Assembly (NCBI GenBank): GCA_012295275.1
Contig: CM022677.1
Coordinates: forward strand, 1,798,001-1,862,000
Source: Chrysomallon squamiferum
Lineage: Eukaryota > Animalia > Mollusca
Length of the DNA stretch: 64,000 bases
Direction: 5' to 3'
In this document: one piece after another, positions 41,790 to 57,562 of the stretch
Layout: each line of letters starts with the position of its first letter
Position numbering within the stretch: the first letter of the stretch is position 1
Notes under the pieces: generated by a model
Databases searched by the model: none
Seen by the model: only the letters and a program-made list of their open reading frames with translations
What the model was told of the DNA's origin: nothing
Position numbers and translations under genes: made by a program

Positions 41790-43030
41790 AAGCGCATTAA
41801 ATTTCACTAAACATATTCATATTTATCTCAGTCTTTCTTCTACCATATAATATGAAATGCTTACTAGTTGACATGATAACTAACAAGATCTTACACTGAT
41901 ATTATCTAAGCTCTGTGTCTGAAGTTACCTTTGAGTGAAAGAAGATTTTCACTTGTCCACCATTTGTCACAGACCTCTGTACCAAAATATCCTGCCATTT
42001 AGCTTTCTTATATATTTTATAAAAACAGTTTACACTAGTTATTAACAGCTAGCATCACGCCTTTGTGAACTGTAAATAGTGGTCTAAAGTTATATTTTCT
42101 TTTCTACAAAATGCAATGCATGAAAGCCAGGTGGCATTAACAAAACGTTATTTTAGAACTAAAATTCCTTTCTTTGCCAGTGTCTTATAATAATCAGATT
42201 TATAATCAGTTTTAATATGAACGTTATACTAAATCTACTGACATAGTATTTTTATCTTGTCCCTTATCGTTGCACATTTCTCTAGAAAGTTTAACCCTAT
42301 ATACAATTCATTTTTAGAAAAGGAATTTGTGCGTTTCAGCAATTTTGCTTCACTGTAGGCTGACCCTAAAACTAGTGTCAGTGAAACTCAAGATAAAGCA
42401 TCGGCAATCTTTTTCTAGAAGCGGACCACATAAGACATGGCTCATCTTCAGGGGGGCCAAATACACTGAAAGAGATAGGTTTCTGCTAGTTTAAAGAAAT
42501 AGTTTGTTGGATTTGTCAGTGAAGAAAAAACAAACAACTTTCGATAAAAAAGAACTTTTTTGATTGCAGTAATTTTTCCTAGAGGTGAGAAAGAACATTT
42601 TGACCATTGTTCAAGAAGCGTTTTAACCTCATTCAACTTTGCATTAAAGTTTAATTCTGGTATTTGGCACAGATCCGTGGAAAACCGTACCCGAAGTATT
42701 GTGAATTCTGTAGTCCATTTTAATTTTTGTTTTGAACACTTTTTTTTATGAACAAATTTGTCGTTGGCTAATTTTATTATATTTGTTTTATATGTATTAA
42801 CTTTGAGACCTGATATATCAGTAAACTAGTTTAATGTTTCCACAGATGCTCACAGAGTTTTATCGTCGGCGAACTGTGAAATTTTAAATTCGCTGCCGTT
42901 TATCTCAATCCCGTATATACGTTTCTTATTTCTTACCAAGATTCCAAGAATCTCAACATAAAAGATGGAAACACAGTGAAATAACAGATCCCCTTGTCTA
43001 TCTCCTGTGTCTCGTTTTAAGCGTTTAGCA
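41790..43030 (-). mobile_element. Inverted duplicate of the L1/Tx1 RT fragment
   Basis: Reverse complement of 30460-31700 (atcgtcggcgaactg at ~42862). Confidence 0.88.
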
Positions 43031-44685
43031 ATCTTACCATTTATGTATGAACACGTACCTGTTTATTTGAAAGTCCAAAGTAAGAACATGGATTTTTTTT
43101 GTTAATTTTTTTTATTAAACGATGTTTTATGAAAAGCTTTTATTCCAAAGCTACAATTAATTAAGAATAACTTCGAAACACTAAGGGGAAATAACTCAAG
43201 CTTTATCTTTATGCAAGTGGTAAAGGAATTATCTCCCACTGTATCAGTAAACACTTTTGTTGTCTGCTAAATGAAGACTGTGAAACACGAAGTGTTTGTT
43301 ACTCGACATTTGCTGTGAGTGGTGATCATTAAATAACAGGAGTATTGTTATTATTATTATTATTGTTGTTATTATGACTATGATTATGATTATTATTGAT
43401 TTACTAATAGGAATTAGTCTGTATGATCATGGTCTATGTTAATAAACTGTTGAAACAGAATAAACTGTATATAATATACACCGATATGTTATATTCCATT
43501 TGTAGTAGATACTTATGAAAGGTTGATTTAGAAAAAACGAATAACAAACTCAGATGGAAGGCGGAGATCTGGATACTCAGAGCTCACGAATCTACTTTTA
43601 TATGTAGCCTCGCAGCTGTACGCGTTGTTGTCTGTGTCTGTCTCTCTGTGTGTGTAATTTAGGACTGATTATTTTTTATGTGCCTTTCGAACTTTTGCAT
43701 GGTACGGCGCTACCACAGGAAGACAAAGTCCGGCAGATACCGCTGACAACGTCACCGTTCGGCCATGAAGACAACCTTGAAAAGTCTGCCCAGTAACTGA
43801 GGGTAATCAACGCTTCCCACAAAGCACGGCGTGTTTTGACTTTCGTTATTTCTGTGTGTATCTGTGTTTTCCTGGAAACATGGCAATGACAAGTGTGTAT
43901 TTAGAGTTGAATATTCCATTTCTGTTTGTGTCGTCTGCATAATAATTAAGCAGAGTTAGAGCCAGAAGTTCTTAAGTGCATATATTATTAAGATATTTTT
44001 ACGTACTTTTTCTATGTGTTCATATCCGAGTGTCTGAGGATGTCTGTCTGTCTGTCCCTCTCTCTCTCTTTCTCTCAGAATGTTATATTTATTTATTTAT
44101 TTTATGTTTACTTTTTCAAAAGTAGTAAGTTATTTATGTATAACTTTGTATATATGTGTATGAAAGTTACATTTGATTGTTAATAAATGTTTCATTGTTA
44201 TAAATCGGTTTAGTATTACGGTTAGGGTTAAGGTTAAGATCAGGGCTGGTATAAAATGTATCTTAATATCAGTTATCTTTCAAGATGATTTTATTTTTTT
44301 GCCAAATGTTACCAAACTTCTTAAGTCATTCCGGTTGTAAAAAATAAATATGGTTATTATTATTAAAACTTTAAAAGAAGTCTGTTATATTAACATTCAT
44401 ATTCATTGCAGTCTTTTTTTCAGTTCATTATGTACGTAAAGTATATAATTCACAAATACTATGACCAAAACGAAGACGTTTATAACTTATAACATAAGAA
44501 TACAAAAGTCTGGTTTTATTTATAAAAATGTAAACCATGCCTTATACAGATCAGATATTGCTAGACATGAAATATGATTACAACGAAGATAAAGAACTTA
44601 GATCATTTAATATGGAGCTGATGGCACTATTTCATTTTTTTCTTCTTCTTCTTCTTCTTATTGTTATTGTTATTATTATTATTAT

Positions 44686-44734
<49 letters not shown>

Positions 44735-45829
44735 GCTACTGAATCTTTATTTATTATTATATTTTAATTCATTTATTTAATTTTATCATTCCAATACATA
44801 TAGCTTTTTATTATAATTTTTATTTATTTATTTAGAAGAGGATTGATACCATCTCATTACTGTATTTATTCTTTGTATCTTATTCTGTTCAAACATGTGG
44901 TGAGTCAGATTTATTTTATTTAAGGGTACACCAACCCTAGCACGTGACAAATACAAAGCGTATTCAACAGCCCAGGCTGCAGGCAAGTTATTTAAACTTT
45001 CTTTCTTTTGTGTTTTCTTATTAACTGTCTCTCTGTCTTTTCTCTCCAGATTCACAGAAGTCTCACCTTATTAATTTAAATCTTTATTTAAACTTTCTTT
45101 CTTTTGTGTTTTCTTATTAACTGTCTCTCTGTCTTTTCTCTCCAGATTCACAGAAGTCTCACCTTATTAATTTAAATCTTTATTTAAACTTTCTTTCTTT
45201 TGTGTTTTCTTATTAACTGTCTCTCTGTCTTTTCTCTCCAGATTCACAGAAGTCTCACCTTATTAATTTAAATCTTTATTTAAACTTTCTTTTTTTTGTT
45301 TTCTTATTAACTGTCTCTCTGTCTTTTCTCCAGATTCATATAAGTTCACCTTATTAATTTAAATCGTTTGATTTGCTTTTTGTTTTTATTTTTTGCTTTT
45401 TTTTATTTTTATTTTTTACTTCTTTTTATTTATTTATTTACTTACTTACTTACTTACTTATTTCTTTATTTATTGATTTTTTTTATATTTCTTTCTTTCT
45501 TTTTTTTTTTTACATTCTTTCTCTCTCTCATGTATCCATTTGTTTATAATTAGACTGAACGAGTATTAATGATACACAGCATATCTGCAATTATTATGAA
45601 ATAAATTAGTCAATAATAATAATCCCTTAAAAAAAAAATAAAAAAAAAAAAAAAACTTTTTACTTTCATTGATAATTTTTGATAGAATAGGAAACAAACA
45701 TACATAAATACATACATAATACACACACACACATACATACACATAATATTCAAAATCCTAAACTACATACTTGCGAATGCCCAGTTACCCACAAAAAATA
45801 GATTCACGCAGAAATGACGAAAGACAAAG

Positions 45830-46027
45830 AACGGCGTGCTTCGTGGGAAGCGATGATTACCTCGGTTACTGAGCAACTTTTTTTTTTACGGTTCTCTCGG
45901 TGGCCGAACGGTAACATCGTCTGCCTTCGGAGTGCGGGCGAATGAGTGTCATACGTTCGAGTCTCGTCAGCGGCATCTGAAGGATTTGTGAGGTCGTGAT
46001 TGGACTTTGTCCTCATGCGCCAGTGCG
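45830..46027 (+). mobile_element. tRNA(Arg-TCG)-derived SINE-like element
   Basis: A-box TGGCCGAACGG (45901-45911), anticodon-loop-like CTTCGGA, and B-box GTTCGAGTC (45955-45963). No proper acceptor stem, so not a tRNA gene. Confidence 0.7.
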
Positions 46028-46912
46028 TTCCCGAATATTGTCTGTGTGCAGAGTCTAATCAGACGTACACAAACAGAGAACATTCAAAATACTAAACTAC
46101 ATACATAGTTGAATCTAACAGACCGTAAATAAATTTTATAACTATCACAGAAGAAACCCACAGGACATAATAAAAGTGGTGACGCAGATCTCGTTGCTGA
46201 TTTCAAAAGCTTCTCATAAAAGTTGAAGCTTTAGGGCGCCAAAGATTTAGTTCTGCCGATCAGTGATAAAAAGATTATTTTCGAATAAATGAAGGGAGAG
46301 AACTCTACCGGTACTGTCAAAGAGTTATCTGGTTTAGTTTAGACACTGCAGACGATCGTCGACTCGCGACCTTTCGAATTTACGTCTGCCCGGGTTAAAA
46401 AGCTACGTTAACATTTCCACTGGCGCAAGACGTTTCTCGTCCTTTTAAATAAAAATTAAAAATTTAAAAAAAAGAAGAAGAAAAAGAAAAACTGAGACTG
46501 AACATCTCTACCAGCTATTCAAGTCTTTGAACTAACTGGTCAATTTCCGTGCGTCTGTGATCAAATAATAATTTAGCAGTAAGAAAGTAAACGGTAATAA
46601 TAGTAATTTGCACTGACATCGTTTATTTTTAACTATCATACATACAGAATATTTAAACAACAGATTAAATACTTCTGACAGCTCTGTTTATACTTCATGT
46701 TAATAATCCGATAGCTGTGACAGTTATTCCACTATGAAAGGTTTAAGCACGTATTTCTTTGTAAGAATTTGTAGTCCTGTTCAAGATGTATACAGAGAAA
46801 TGAGGTGTGTGTACATTCGTCATTTATTTCCTGCAGCCTGAATTATCACAGTCTTAAAATACCTGTATTTTTTTATTATTTATTTATTTATTTTTATTTA
46901 TTTATTTATTAT

Positions 46913-46944
<32 letters not shown>

Positions 46945-47034
46945 TACATACATATATACATACATACATATATACACACATATTTATACATATTTATATT
47001 TATTTTTTTTTATTTTATTTTTTTTTATTTTTTA

Positions 47035-47111
<77 letters not shown>

Positions 47112-47143
47112 GTTATTAGTCAGTGTTACTACTACAGCTAAAT

Positions 47144-47451
47144 CATAGGTTTTCAACCTGAGGGTCGCGAACCCCAGAGAGGTCGCCACACTTTTTTCTG
47201 GGGGTCGCGAGATCGTTCTTGAGCGAGGGTATGGTTTAGATTTTTTCAACTTGACTTCGAAGGAGGAATAAATAAAAACGTGTAGATTGGTTTGGGACCC
47301 GTCTCAGTGAATATAGATTCCTTTTGAACTGTCTTTGGTTGATGAAAATATGGTAACCCTAGGTATTATTGATAAATGTTTTTAAAGGGGTCATCTGTCA
47401 TATTGAATTGCTCATAAGGGGTCGCGGTATGAAAAAGTCAGAAAACCAGTG
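47144..47451. mobile_element. hAT MITE, inverted duplicated copy
   Basis: TSD agctaaat on both sides. Confidence 0.88.
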
Positions 47452-47735
47452 AGCTAAATGGAAGGTACTATAGTTTACCTTTTATTTATTTTTTTTTTTT
47501 TTTTTATTTTTTTTTTTTCATTATGACACACAGAGAAACACACCTGAATGTAGGTCTCTTAAATCTTATTTCTAAATCCTGTTACTCAAAGTACAGGTGA
47601 ATCTTTGCTATAGCGAATACATTAAAAAAATATATATAGACTATGTGTGCACTTCAAAATAAACTGTTGCTATCGGCTACGAATTTGCTTTTGCTTCGTG
47701 ACCGATTTTTTTTTTTTTTTTTTTAACAACAAATT

Positions 47736-48665
47736 CAGCAGCGTGACGTCACTACGAACTGGGACAACCAGCTTGCAGCACCCAGACAACAAGACTGACG
47801 TGTCAGCAGCGTGACGTCACTACGAACTCGCACAACCAGCTTGCAGCACCCAGACAACAAGACTGACGTGTCAGCAGCGTGACGTCACTACGAACTCGCA
47901 CAACCAGCTTGCAGCACCCAGACAACAAGACTGACGTGTCAGCAGCGTGACGTCACTACGAACTCGCACAACCAGCGTGCAGCACCCAGACAACAAGACT
48001 GACGTGTCAGCAGCGTGACGTCACTACGAACTCGCACAACCAGCTTGCAGCACCCAGACAACAAGACTGACGTGTCAGCAGCGTGACGTCACTACGAACT
48101 CGCACAACCAGCTTGCAGCACCCAGACAACAAGACTGACGTGTCAGCAGCGTGACGTCACTACGAACTCGCACAACCAGCTTGCAGCACCCAGACAACAA
48201 GACTGACGTGTCAGCAGCGTGACGTCACTACGAACTCGCACAACCAGCTTGCAGCACCCAGACAACAAGACTGACGTGTCAGCAGCGTGACGTCACTACG
48301 AACTCGCACAACCAGCGTGCAGCACAGACAACAAGATTGACGTGTCAGCAGCGTGACGTCACTACGAACTCGCACAACCAGCGTGCAGCACAGACAACAA
48401 GACTGACGTGTCAGCAGCGTGACGTCACTACGAACTCGCACAACCAGCTTGCAGCACCCAGACAACAAGACTGACGTGTCAGCAGCGTGACGTCACTACG
48501 AACTCGCACAACCAGCGTGCAGCACAGACAACAATATTGACGTGTCAGCAGCGTGACGTCACTACGAACTCGCACAACCAGCTTGCAGCACCCAGACAAC
48601 AAGACTGACGTGTCAGCAGCGTGACGTCACTACGAACTTGCACAACCAGCTTGCAGCGCCCAGAC
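47736..48665 (-). repeat. 66/68-bp minisatellite, 14 units
   Basis: 14 occurrences of gtgacgtcac counted. Confidence 0.95.
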
Positions 48666-51305
48666 AACTAAACGATCGTTCAACCAGCTGGGTGTCGTGC
48701 CTGAACAAGATGTTTTTCACGAATTTTGAACAAACATTATTCCAATAAGGAAAACAAAAATAACTTTAAATAAATAAATAACAACAACAAGAGTCACAAA
48801 TGAAGATAATAATACTACAAAAGCAGTTATTTATGTATTTACTTTCTGTTATTACTAATTACAAGCTTAACCGTTTCAAAACTGTAACATGCGGACGACT
48901 GCTGGATCAAAGCTTGTCAGTGGCTCATCAGGTAATTTTCACATAACTGATGTTTGAAATCTTTTCAGTTTTTGTGAATTTAATAGAGCTTGTTGCTAAC
49001 ACTTGGAATACAGGCAATGTGGGAATTTTACCTATATTATTATTAATGACAATCTGTGTGTGTGCGTATATGTGCGTGTGTGTGTGTATGGTTTATATAT
49101 ATGTAAACGTGACAAAATACTGACATAATATTCCTTTATATGTGATTTTATATTGTTGTTGTTGTTGTTTTTCTCTCTCTTTTTCTATCGCTAGATAAAA
49201 ACCGAGTACTAGTTCAAAAGGGTAACATGTAATCTGTTAATATTCTGTGTGAATATTTTATTACGCTGTCGCAACACCTAGTTATAACAAACAAAAAAAT
49301 ACTGTACAATAATAACAAGATATGAGGAAACGCACAGAAATAGAAATATAAACGTTAATTAATTTATTAATAAAAAAATCTTACATACTGTAATTAGTGT
49401 TCATTAATTAGGTGGGAAAAAGATATTTAGGTTGTATGTAAATTTAACAGAAACTTATTTATCATATTTATTTATTTGTTTTTGTTTTGAAATCAGAGTA
49501 ATATAAAGACATGTGAATACTGTAGTGTTCGGTGACTAATGTTTACAGTTACACCTATTACTCATAATACATGATAAATATACCAGTTACGTCACAGCGT
49601 GTAACGCTATCTCGTTGTGCTAGCTACCCGTGCCAAAAACAAATAGTGACGTCACTTATACCTTTCTCTTGTTTCATTTCCATTCAGTCAGACTGTGACA
49701 TCATTTTATCTATAGTAACAGTCTCTAATTTCTTATTCAGTAAAAAAGAAAACGTGACGTTGTTCTATATTTGTTACAGAATCCTGAATTTTCTATTGAA
49801 CTGCTATTTCAAATGAATATGTCGTTCATTCTTAAAAAAACAAATAAAAATAAATAAATAAAAAGTAGAAAAAATAAAAAATAAACGATGTCACGATCCG
49901 ACAATAGAAGAATAAAAGAATTATGATCGACTATTCTGTTTACAAAAAAATAATCGGCGTGTTTTGTAAAAACTGACAGATCATATTTTCGCTGTGTCAT
50001 TCGCTGTCAGTATTCTGTCTTCTTTGTTATGATTATTATTATTATATAGAAAATCGTGATAAGCATCTGAATTATCTCATTAATTAGCATCACATCTAAA
50101 CTAAAGCTTTTTAAAAATCAACACATATAACAACAACAACAACAATAATAAATTAACTAACAAATAATGATGTTGACAATAACGATGATGATGACTACAA
50201 CAACAACAATAAAAATGTTAATTTTCATACATACATTTTGTATTATTATCTATTTTTTTTATTTTTTTTTAAATTAATTTTTATAAATTTATCGTAATAA
50301 TTTACCTGGATTATTCTATTTTTACATTGTCCTGTACACATACATATTTTTTCTTTCATGTGTTATTTATTTTTTTATTTTTTTATTTATTATGTTTCTT
50401 TACACATCGTTAATCTTTCACTCTTTCATTTCGAATATTTGTTTATGTGTGCGTGTGTGTGTGCGTGTGTTATAAATTTGTTGTTTTGTTATTCTTATTA
50501 TCATCGTCATCTTTTGTTTATCTTCAACAGTTTTTATTCAGTATCACGTGACCTTCCTCCTTTGACTAAATATAAAAACAGCAAGCTTAGAAGAATATAT
50601 TATATTCTGGATCTTACACACTTTTTTAATCATTTTTCTTTTACACACACACACACACACACACATAAACATACATATACATACATATGCATACGTATAT
50701 ATCTATACGTATACATGCAAATATATGTATATGTATGTATATGTGTATGTATGTATTTAAGTGTGTATATGTGTTTATTGTCCGTTCATCCTCTGGCATT
50801 ACATATTTATCCATACGTTTCTCTGTCTGTCTTTGGCTTTCTGCGTATATATTTTATCTATCTATCTACCTACCTACCTATCTATCTATCTGCCAGTGTG
50901 TCTGACTGACTTTCTGTGTATCTGTCTGTCCATCTGTTTATTCACATCACAGATGTCTGTTGGTTGTGTGTAACAGAATAAAATTCAGTTGATCAGCTGA
51001 TAATTAATATTTTTTACAGTTTTGGAATGGTAACGATTTGTATTTGACAAAATGAATACATATAAACCAGTTTAGAAAGCAATATGGCTACACGTATTTC
51101 AAAAAACTGAAGTATTCTTTTTCAATTTTTTTTTTTTTATATATATATATATATTTCATTTTGTTGTTTTTTTGTATTTTTTTCATACTGTATCAGAAGT
51201 GTATTTAAACCACACAGTTTGGCTGTAGATGAGATAACAAAACTCTGAAAATAATCTCATTGTTTATTATCATCTGAAATATTTTTGTGTGTGAACTCGA
51301 CAGAA

Positions 51306-51361
<56 letters not shown>

Positions 51362-52196
51362 TTAATAAGAACAGCCTTCTCTAACCTAGTTTTCTCGTTT
51401 CTATGTGAAGTGAATACACGTATCGTACTCTGAGGCTTTTACGTACTTTACTCACTAATAAACGAGACAGTGTCCTTTGAAACAAATCAACAAAAAGTGT
51501 CTGTTTTCACGCCGTACAAGAAAGTAATGTCAAACATCACGTGACTAGCATGTGACGTGAAATACGACTGGGTGTCGTCCATGTTTACATTGCTCTCGGT
51601 TCAGGCGGGCTAAAGCGAGGTAAACAGAGATATTACATGTCAGCATTTATTTCCACACTCAGAGAACGAGGTTCGTTCAGTGTGCGTAAAATAATAACAA
51701 TACGCCGTTCAGTGTCATTTCAGTGAAACAGAACGACCGCCATTTTATTTTTTTGTTACAATAAATCCAGTAGTTCTTTTTTTTTTTTTTTTAAATGATC
51801 TTATTTTATTATTACTTTATTATTATTATAATTTTTATTTCTTTTCTCATATAATTTCTCAGCATAATGTATGTAGAATGTTTGCCTTGTATTTGATTAA
51901 TAATTACTAAAAATAATCTTACTGAACAGGAGTAAATAATAACAATACGACGTTCAGTGTTATTTCAGTGAAACAGAACGCACGCCATTTTATTTTTATT
52001 TTTTTTTTTATTTTTTTTTCCCGCAGATGTTTGTTACAATAAATCCAGTAGTTTTTTTTTTTTAAATTATCTTATTATTACTTTATTATTATTATTATTT
52101 CCTTATATATATATATGTCTAATCAGCATAATTTATGCAGAATGTTTGCCTTGTATTTGATTAATAATTACTAAAAATAATCTTACTGAACAGGAG

Positions 52197-52294
<98 letters not shown>

Positions 52295-53212
52295 GAAAGA
52301 CGAATAAAGATAACATATTTTACTTAAATGCGTTCTTTCAAAAAAGAATACAAAAGATAAAACACAACAGGTTTTGTAAATACTATACAAAGAGTACGAA
52401 GGCCCAGATTTAAAAGCAAATTAGCTGTATAATATTTTTATATAAAAAAAAAAAAAAAAAATGTTCTTGTTAATGACTAACTAAAAATGAAGGCCATAGT
52501 CTGACAAGGTCGCTGACCTGAAAAAAACCTAAAAGAAAACAAAAATGATTTTGACCTGAACAAAAGGATTTTGTTTCAATGATCATTGTTCATCATCGAA
52601 TTTCACTTCTCAACACGTTAGTCAACATTCCTATGTATTCATAGAAAATAATGCAAAAGACACCGTTAATTAAAAACGTCAAAAGATTTGTTATACTGAG
52701 GAGGCGGGTTGGTGGGGGGAAGGGTGTTTAATTTAAAACCGTCACCTGACCAAACTGGAATTTTTTTTAATGAATAAATAATCTTTTAACCTTTCTATTT
52801 ATAGTCAATTTTTTAAATGTTTCTTTTCATGCCTGGTTTATTTTTGTTGTGCAACTAAATGAAAACAAATATTAAGTTTTAGTGATGTGAGAAAAGTTTA
52901 CAAATTGGTATTATCGTGAAGTGACAGTGCCTGTAATGTAGGTTTAGCGTTAAAAATATTTTCAGTTACTGAATAATAAAAGTAACAGCTTTTCTGTTGT
53001 CAGTGTTTGTGAAGGCATTTAATGGCAAATGTCAAAAATCTTGTTACAACTGCTCATGTGTTTTTTCACGTCTGGTTTCTGGAAGTAGGTGATCCATTTC
53101 CTAAAAAAATAACATTAAGGAAATAAAAAATAAATATAATAATAAAATAAAATAAAAAAAATAAAAAAATAATAGGAAATGCCAACGATGTAAATAACAC
53201 AATAACAAACAC

Positions 53213-53259
<47 letters not shown>

Positions 53260-54796
53260 TTTTATACATTCTAATAGCAATTTGTTATAAACATCTTTTA
53301 CGCGTTTTTTCTCAAACATACGAAGGCAGAAACATCAGTATCTGATTTGAACCTTTAGCTGGAACGGGAAATAATAATCTTTACTAATGTTGTTACCGGT
53401 GTATTTCTAGAGCGATGTTTCCAACAACGTCGCTTCAATGTATTTCAGTAAGAAAACCAAAGAGAATTACTCGCCCTTGTTGTGACGTCAATCGATATCA
53501 TTATCATAATATATGCTTGATCTTCTGCTGTAAACAAAGGCGCTGTTTATTGTATCGTGCTGGGGTCAATGAACGAATGCATCGGGTTTAGTTCTGGGGT
53601 TAGAACGCTGTTTAATATGTCAGCGATAACTGTTAATAAATCTTCACCTAACTAGTGATATACGATTAATACATCACAGATAAGGTGGCTCATTATGTTC
53701 AGTCTATTGAAAAGTGAATATAAATTAACAGCCGTTGTTTTTTGTTTCGTAAGAAGAGTTGTTCGTCGTTTTAAAATAAATAACAATGCAGAACAGTTAT
53801 AACTATACTACTATCGACCCTCGATTTCATGGACTAATTGTTGCGAGCAGCTTTCCGGGCAAAAAGAAAAAAACTGGGAAATCGCGAATGTAAATATAAA
53901 CGTTAAAATGTACCGAAACAGTAAAATGTTAGTACGAACAACAGCTACATAATACAATAATAATGTGATATAATAATGTAAGAACAGTACACAAAAATAA
54001 AAAAATAAAAACCATGCAAGCAAATGTCATTCGGTATAAGTAAAGAAAAAAGTACAGTAGGAAAATGTAGGCTAGGTTGCGTGACGTTTGTTATATAAGG
54101 ATGGTAATGGGTGCAGATGTAAAATGTATGTTACTTTGATGAAAAGTGGGTTCACAGAGGGTTGCAATGATCGTATAGTGGCACTCAAAATAACTTAACA
54201 GTAGCTAGTAAAGTTTCAAGCGGGAAATGGCGGTTAGTTCAAATTTAGTGATTTTTTGTTGTTTTTGCATTATTGAATGGTATTGGTTTGTGTGCTAACA
54301 ACATATAAATCAGAGTAATCTGTTATAAACAAGGCAGTGGGCATGTTGCTGGTTCTCAAGCGACAGTTAGCCATTGATCAGAGGGAAGATCTCAGTACTA
54401 TCAACAAAAGTGGAAAAAGAAAGGAAATTATAGAGAACACTTAAATAAATCAGATGTGACATTTCGGATACCAATGAAAGCAATAAATCGTCAATGAAGA
54501 AGTTTTGGCAATGTTAAGGATATTTATTAAGTATTAAATATAGATTATGGTATGAGTGTTGGATGTACAAAACAGTTACAAATGGTTGTTTCATTATTTT
54601 TCTTTAAGATGCTTTAAGAAAGTTTGATACATAAAGACAATATTAGAAGAAATCATTGTTTTCACATAAACTTAACCTGAGCCAATACAAATATTTTGTC
54701 GTGCTGTAAAACGTGTATCAATTCCTGCTCTAGCATGTAGTAAACTAAATAATAACGAGAAAAATAAAATAAATAATAATAATAATAATAATAATA

Positions 54797-54839
<43 letters not shown>

Positions 54840-55127
54840 TAATTTAATATGAAAACCTGTATATAGATTATTTACTTATTTATTTATTTACTGTTCTAAA
54901 AGTTTGGCGTTTACTGAAAACTATTTGTTGGTGAAATGAAATGAGCAGCATCTAGCCAGCTGTTTTACTTCTCGTGTACTGGAAAATGTAGTTACGTATA
55001 AATTAATTAATTACAACTACTGCTGCAACTGTTACATATAATTAGTCTATCTAGTTTTTCTTATTATTATTGTTTTTCTCATTGTTATTATTATTATTGT
55101 TCTTATGTTATTGTCGTTGTTGCTATT

Positions 55128-55165
<38 letters not shown>

Positions 55166-56388
55166 TTATTTTATTTTTATTTAATATATTTTATTTTATT
55201 TTATTTTTAATTATTATTATTATTATTATTTTCAATTTGTTCGTTTCTGTTTATTTATTGTTGTCGTCGTTGTTGTTGAATTTGTTTAATAAATGTCTTC
55301 GGAAATAATTGTAAAGCGTCAGTTGTTTGTGCAGTGTTTAAGGTGAAATTCACATCAGCAGTGAGTACTGAGAACTGGATGGGATGGTATGGGGTGGGGG
55401 GTGACCTAGTTTATTAATTTTGTTTGAGCGCTGCGACACGACTTGAAGTCGATCGATAAACGAGTTGTCATGGCAGCGAAACATAAACTGCCTTGTTTTT
55501 TTTTATTTATTTATTTATTTATTTATTTGTGTCTTGTTGTTGTTTTTGTTATTTGTAATTGTCCTTTATACTGTGATGATGATGATGATTAATATATTGC
55601 TCCCCTTTATTTATTTATTTTTTAAATTTAGCAAATAAATAATAAAAATAATAATAACAATTTCAGGTTAGTCAATATTTTATTTCCGTATTTATTTCTA
55701 AAATGATATTTATTAAAGATTTAGTTCGTTTCCTTTATTTCAAGATTAAAACGAAACTGTGAATATGTGTGTTTAAGAGAGCTTGTGTTATATATATTTA
55801 TAACATAACCTGCTACTGAAAATTAAACAAATAGAAATTATAATATTTCATTTATCGCCAACTCGCATGTCCTCAACCACTAAATAATAAGTATACATGT
55901 GTAAAATAAATAATTATCTTACTAATTTAAATATTGTGTTTGGTTTGATGTTCATAGTGGATACTTGATATTATATATAGTTTATATCTGTAGTATATGC
56001 AAATATATGTATCTATTATAATCAACAGTCACATTTTTTTAATTACACGGTCAGCGGGTCTACAAAAGGCGCAATCCCCAGACAAGAAACGAGCCATATT
56101 TTAATAGATTCGTTAACACTTGAAACTAACACCGCTTATGTACTGGGTTCCGTGACAACAGTGATGATGACAATGTTTATAATAGTGACATGAGATAAAA
56201 GCCATCCACTGTAAAAACAAGACCACATTAACAGCAGCGAAGACCACAATGACAGCGGTAATAACAAAGCAGGACAAACTCACATAATAATAGGCTTATT
56301 ATTGTTGTTGTTGATGTTGGTGGTGGTGGTGGTGGTGTTTGTTTGTTTTGTTTGATTCTATGTTTTGTTTTTTATTTGATTTTTGTAC

Positions 56389-57562
56389 ATGTCTGCTTCT
56401 ATCACCTAACACAGGCCACATGGAGGAAGATCCAGACTCTTGTCTTGTACAGCGACATAGAGAAGAGGATGACTTGAAACTCTTCTGTGGCCTGCTAGAT
56501 GGACTCGCCTTCTTACTAGTGGATGACGTCACTGTGGGTCTGACATATCTACAGCAGCACATACCAGAAAGTCTCGCCTTCTTACTAGTGGATGACGTCA
56601 CTGTGGGTCTGACATATCTACAGCAGCACATACCAGAAACACTCGCGTTCTTACTAGTGGATGATGTTCCTGACAGTCTGACATATCTACAGCAGCACAT
56701 ACCAGAAACACTCGCGTTCTTACTAGTGGATGATGTTCCTGACATATCCACAGGAGCACATACCAGAAGGACTCGAACCTGTCCTTGACTTCCTTGACTA
56801 CCTTGACATCACCTATGTGACCCTTACGTCGTATTCAGCCTCCAGAACTTCCAGATGGATCCATCCCTCCACTTAGGATGCGTCGTATGCTCCAATGAGT
56901 CAACCACCGATATGGAATGTCACTTCCATTACTCCTGAAGGGGAATCAAGAACCAACAACACAGCGCCTTTGCAAAGCTAGTTGGACATGCACACCCTAC
57001 CATCTGGAGAGACATTGATAGCACACGGAAAGATCAGGTCCAGGTTGCTGCTGCCTTACTACGAGACCTGCGTGGTGAGCCACAAGCAAAGCGTGTGAGA
57101 CGCCACACCCACAAACCTGAGTCAAAGCGTGTGAGACGCCACACCCACAAACCTCAGTCAAAGCGTGTGAGACGGCAACCCACAAACCTCAGTCAAAGCG
57201 TGTGAGACGCCACACCCACAAACCTCAGTCAAAGCGTGTGAGACGGCACACCCACAAACCTCAGTCAAAGCGTGTGAGACGCCACACCCACAAACCTCAG
57301 TCAAAGCGTGTGAGACGCCACACCCACAAACCTCAGTCAAAGCGTGTGAGACCAGGGTATTTTTTCGAGGGTATTGACCTTTGTGTAAGATTTAAAATAG
57401 AATAAAAAATACTAATTCTTTTCTAAGTGTTGTATCGTATATGTCACTACTACTGTGTGGAGTGGGGATTTGTCTGTGTGGGGAATTGTCTGTGTGGGGA
57501 ATTGTCTGTGTGGGGAAGTGTCTGTGTGGGGAAGTGTCTGTGTGGGGAAGTGTCCGTTTACC
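56389..57562 (+). pseudogene. Duplicated, further decayed copy of the MULE transposase remnant plus terminal repeat
   Basis: Reverse complement of 7834-8904. The acceptor is mutated (tgtac), there is a small deletion through the RTNN..EGW motif, and it has extra repeat units. Confidence 0.85.

Noticed and set aside
45890-45980. Functional tRNA-Arg(TCG) gene
   Set aside because: A and B boxes are present, but the acceptor and anticodon stems do not pair and the box spacing is extended. Treated as a SINE head.
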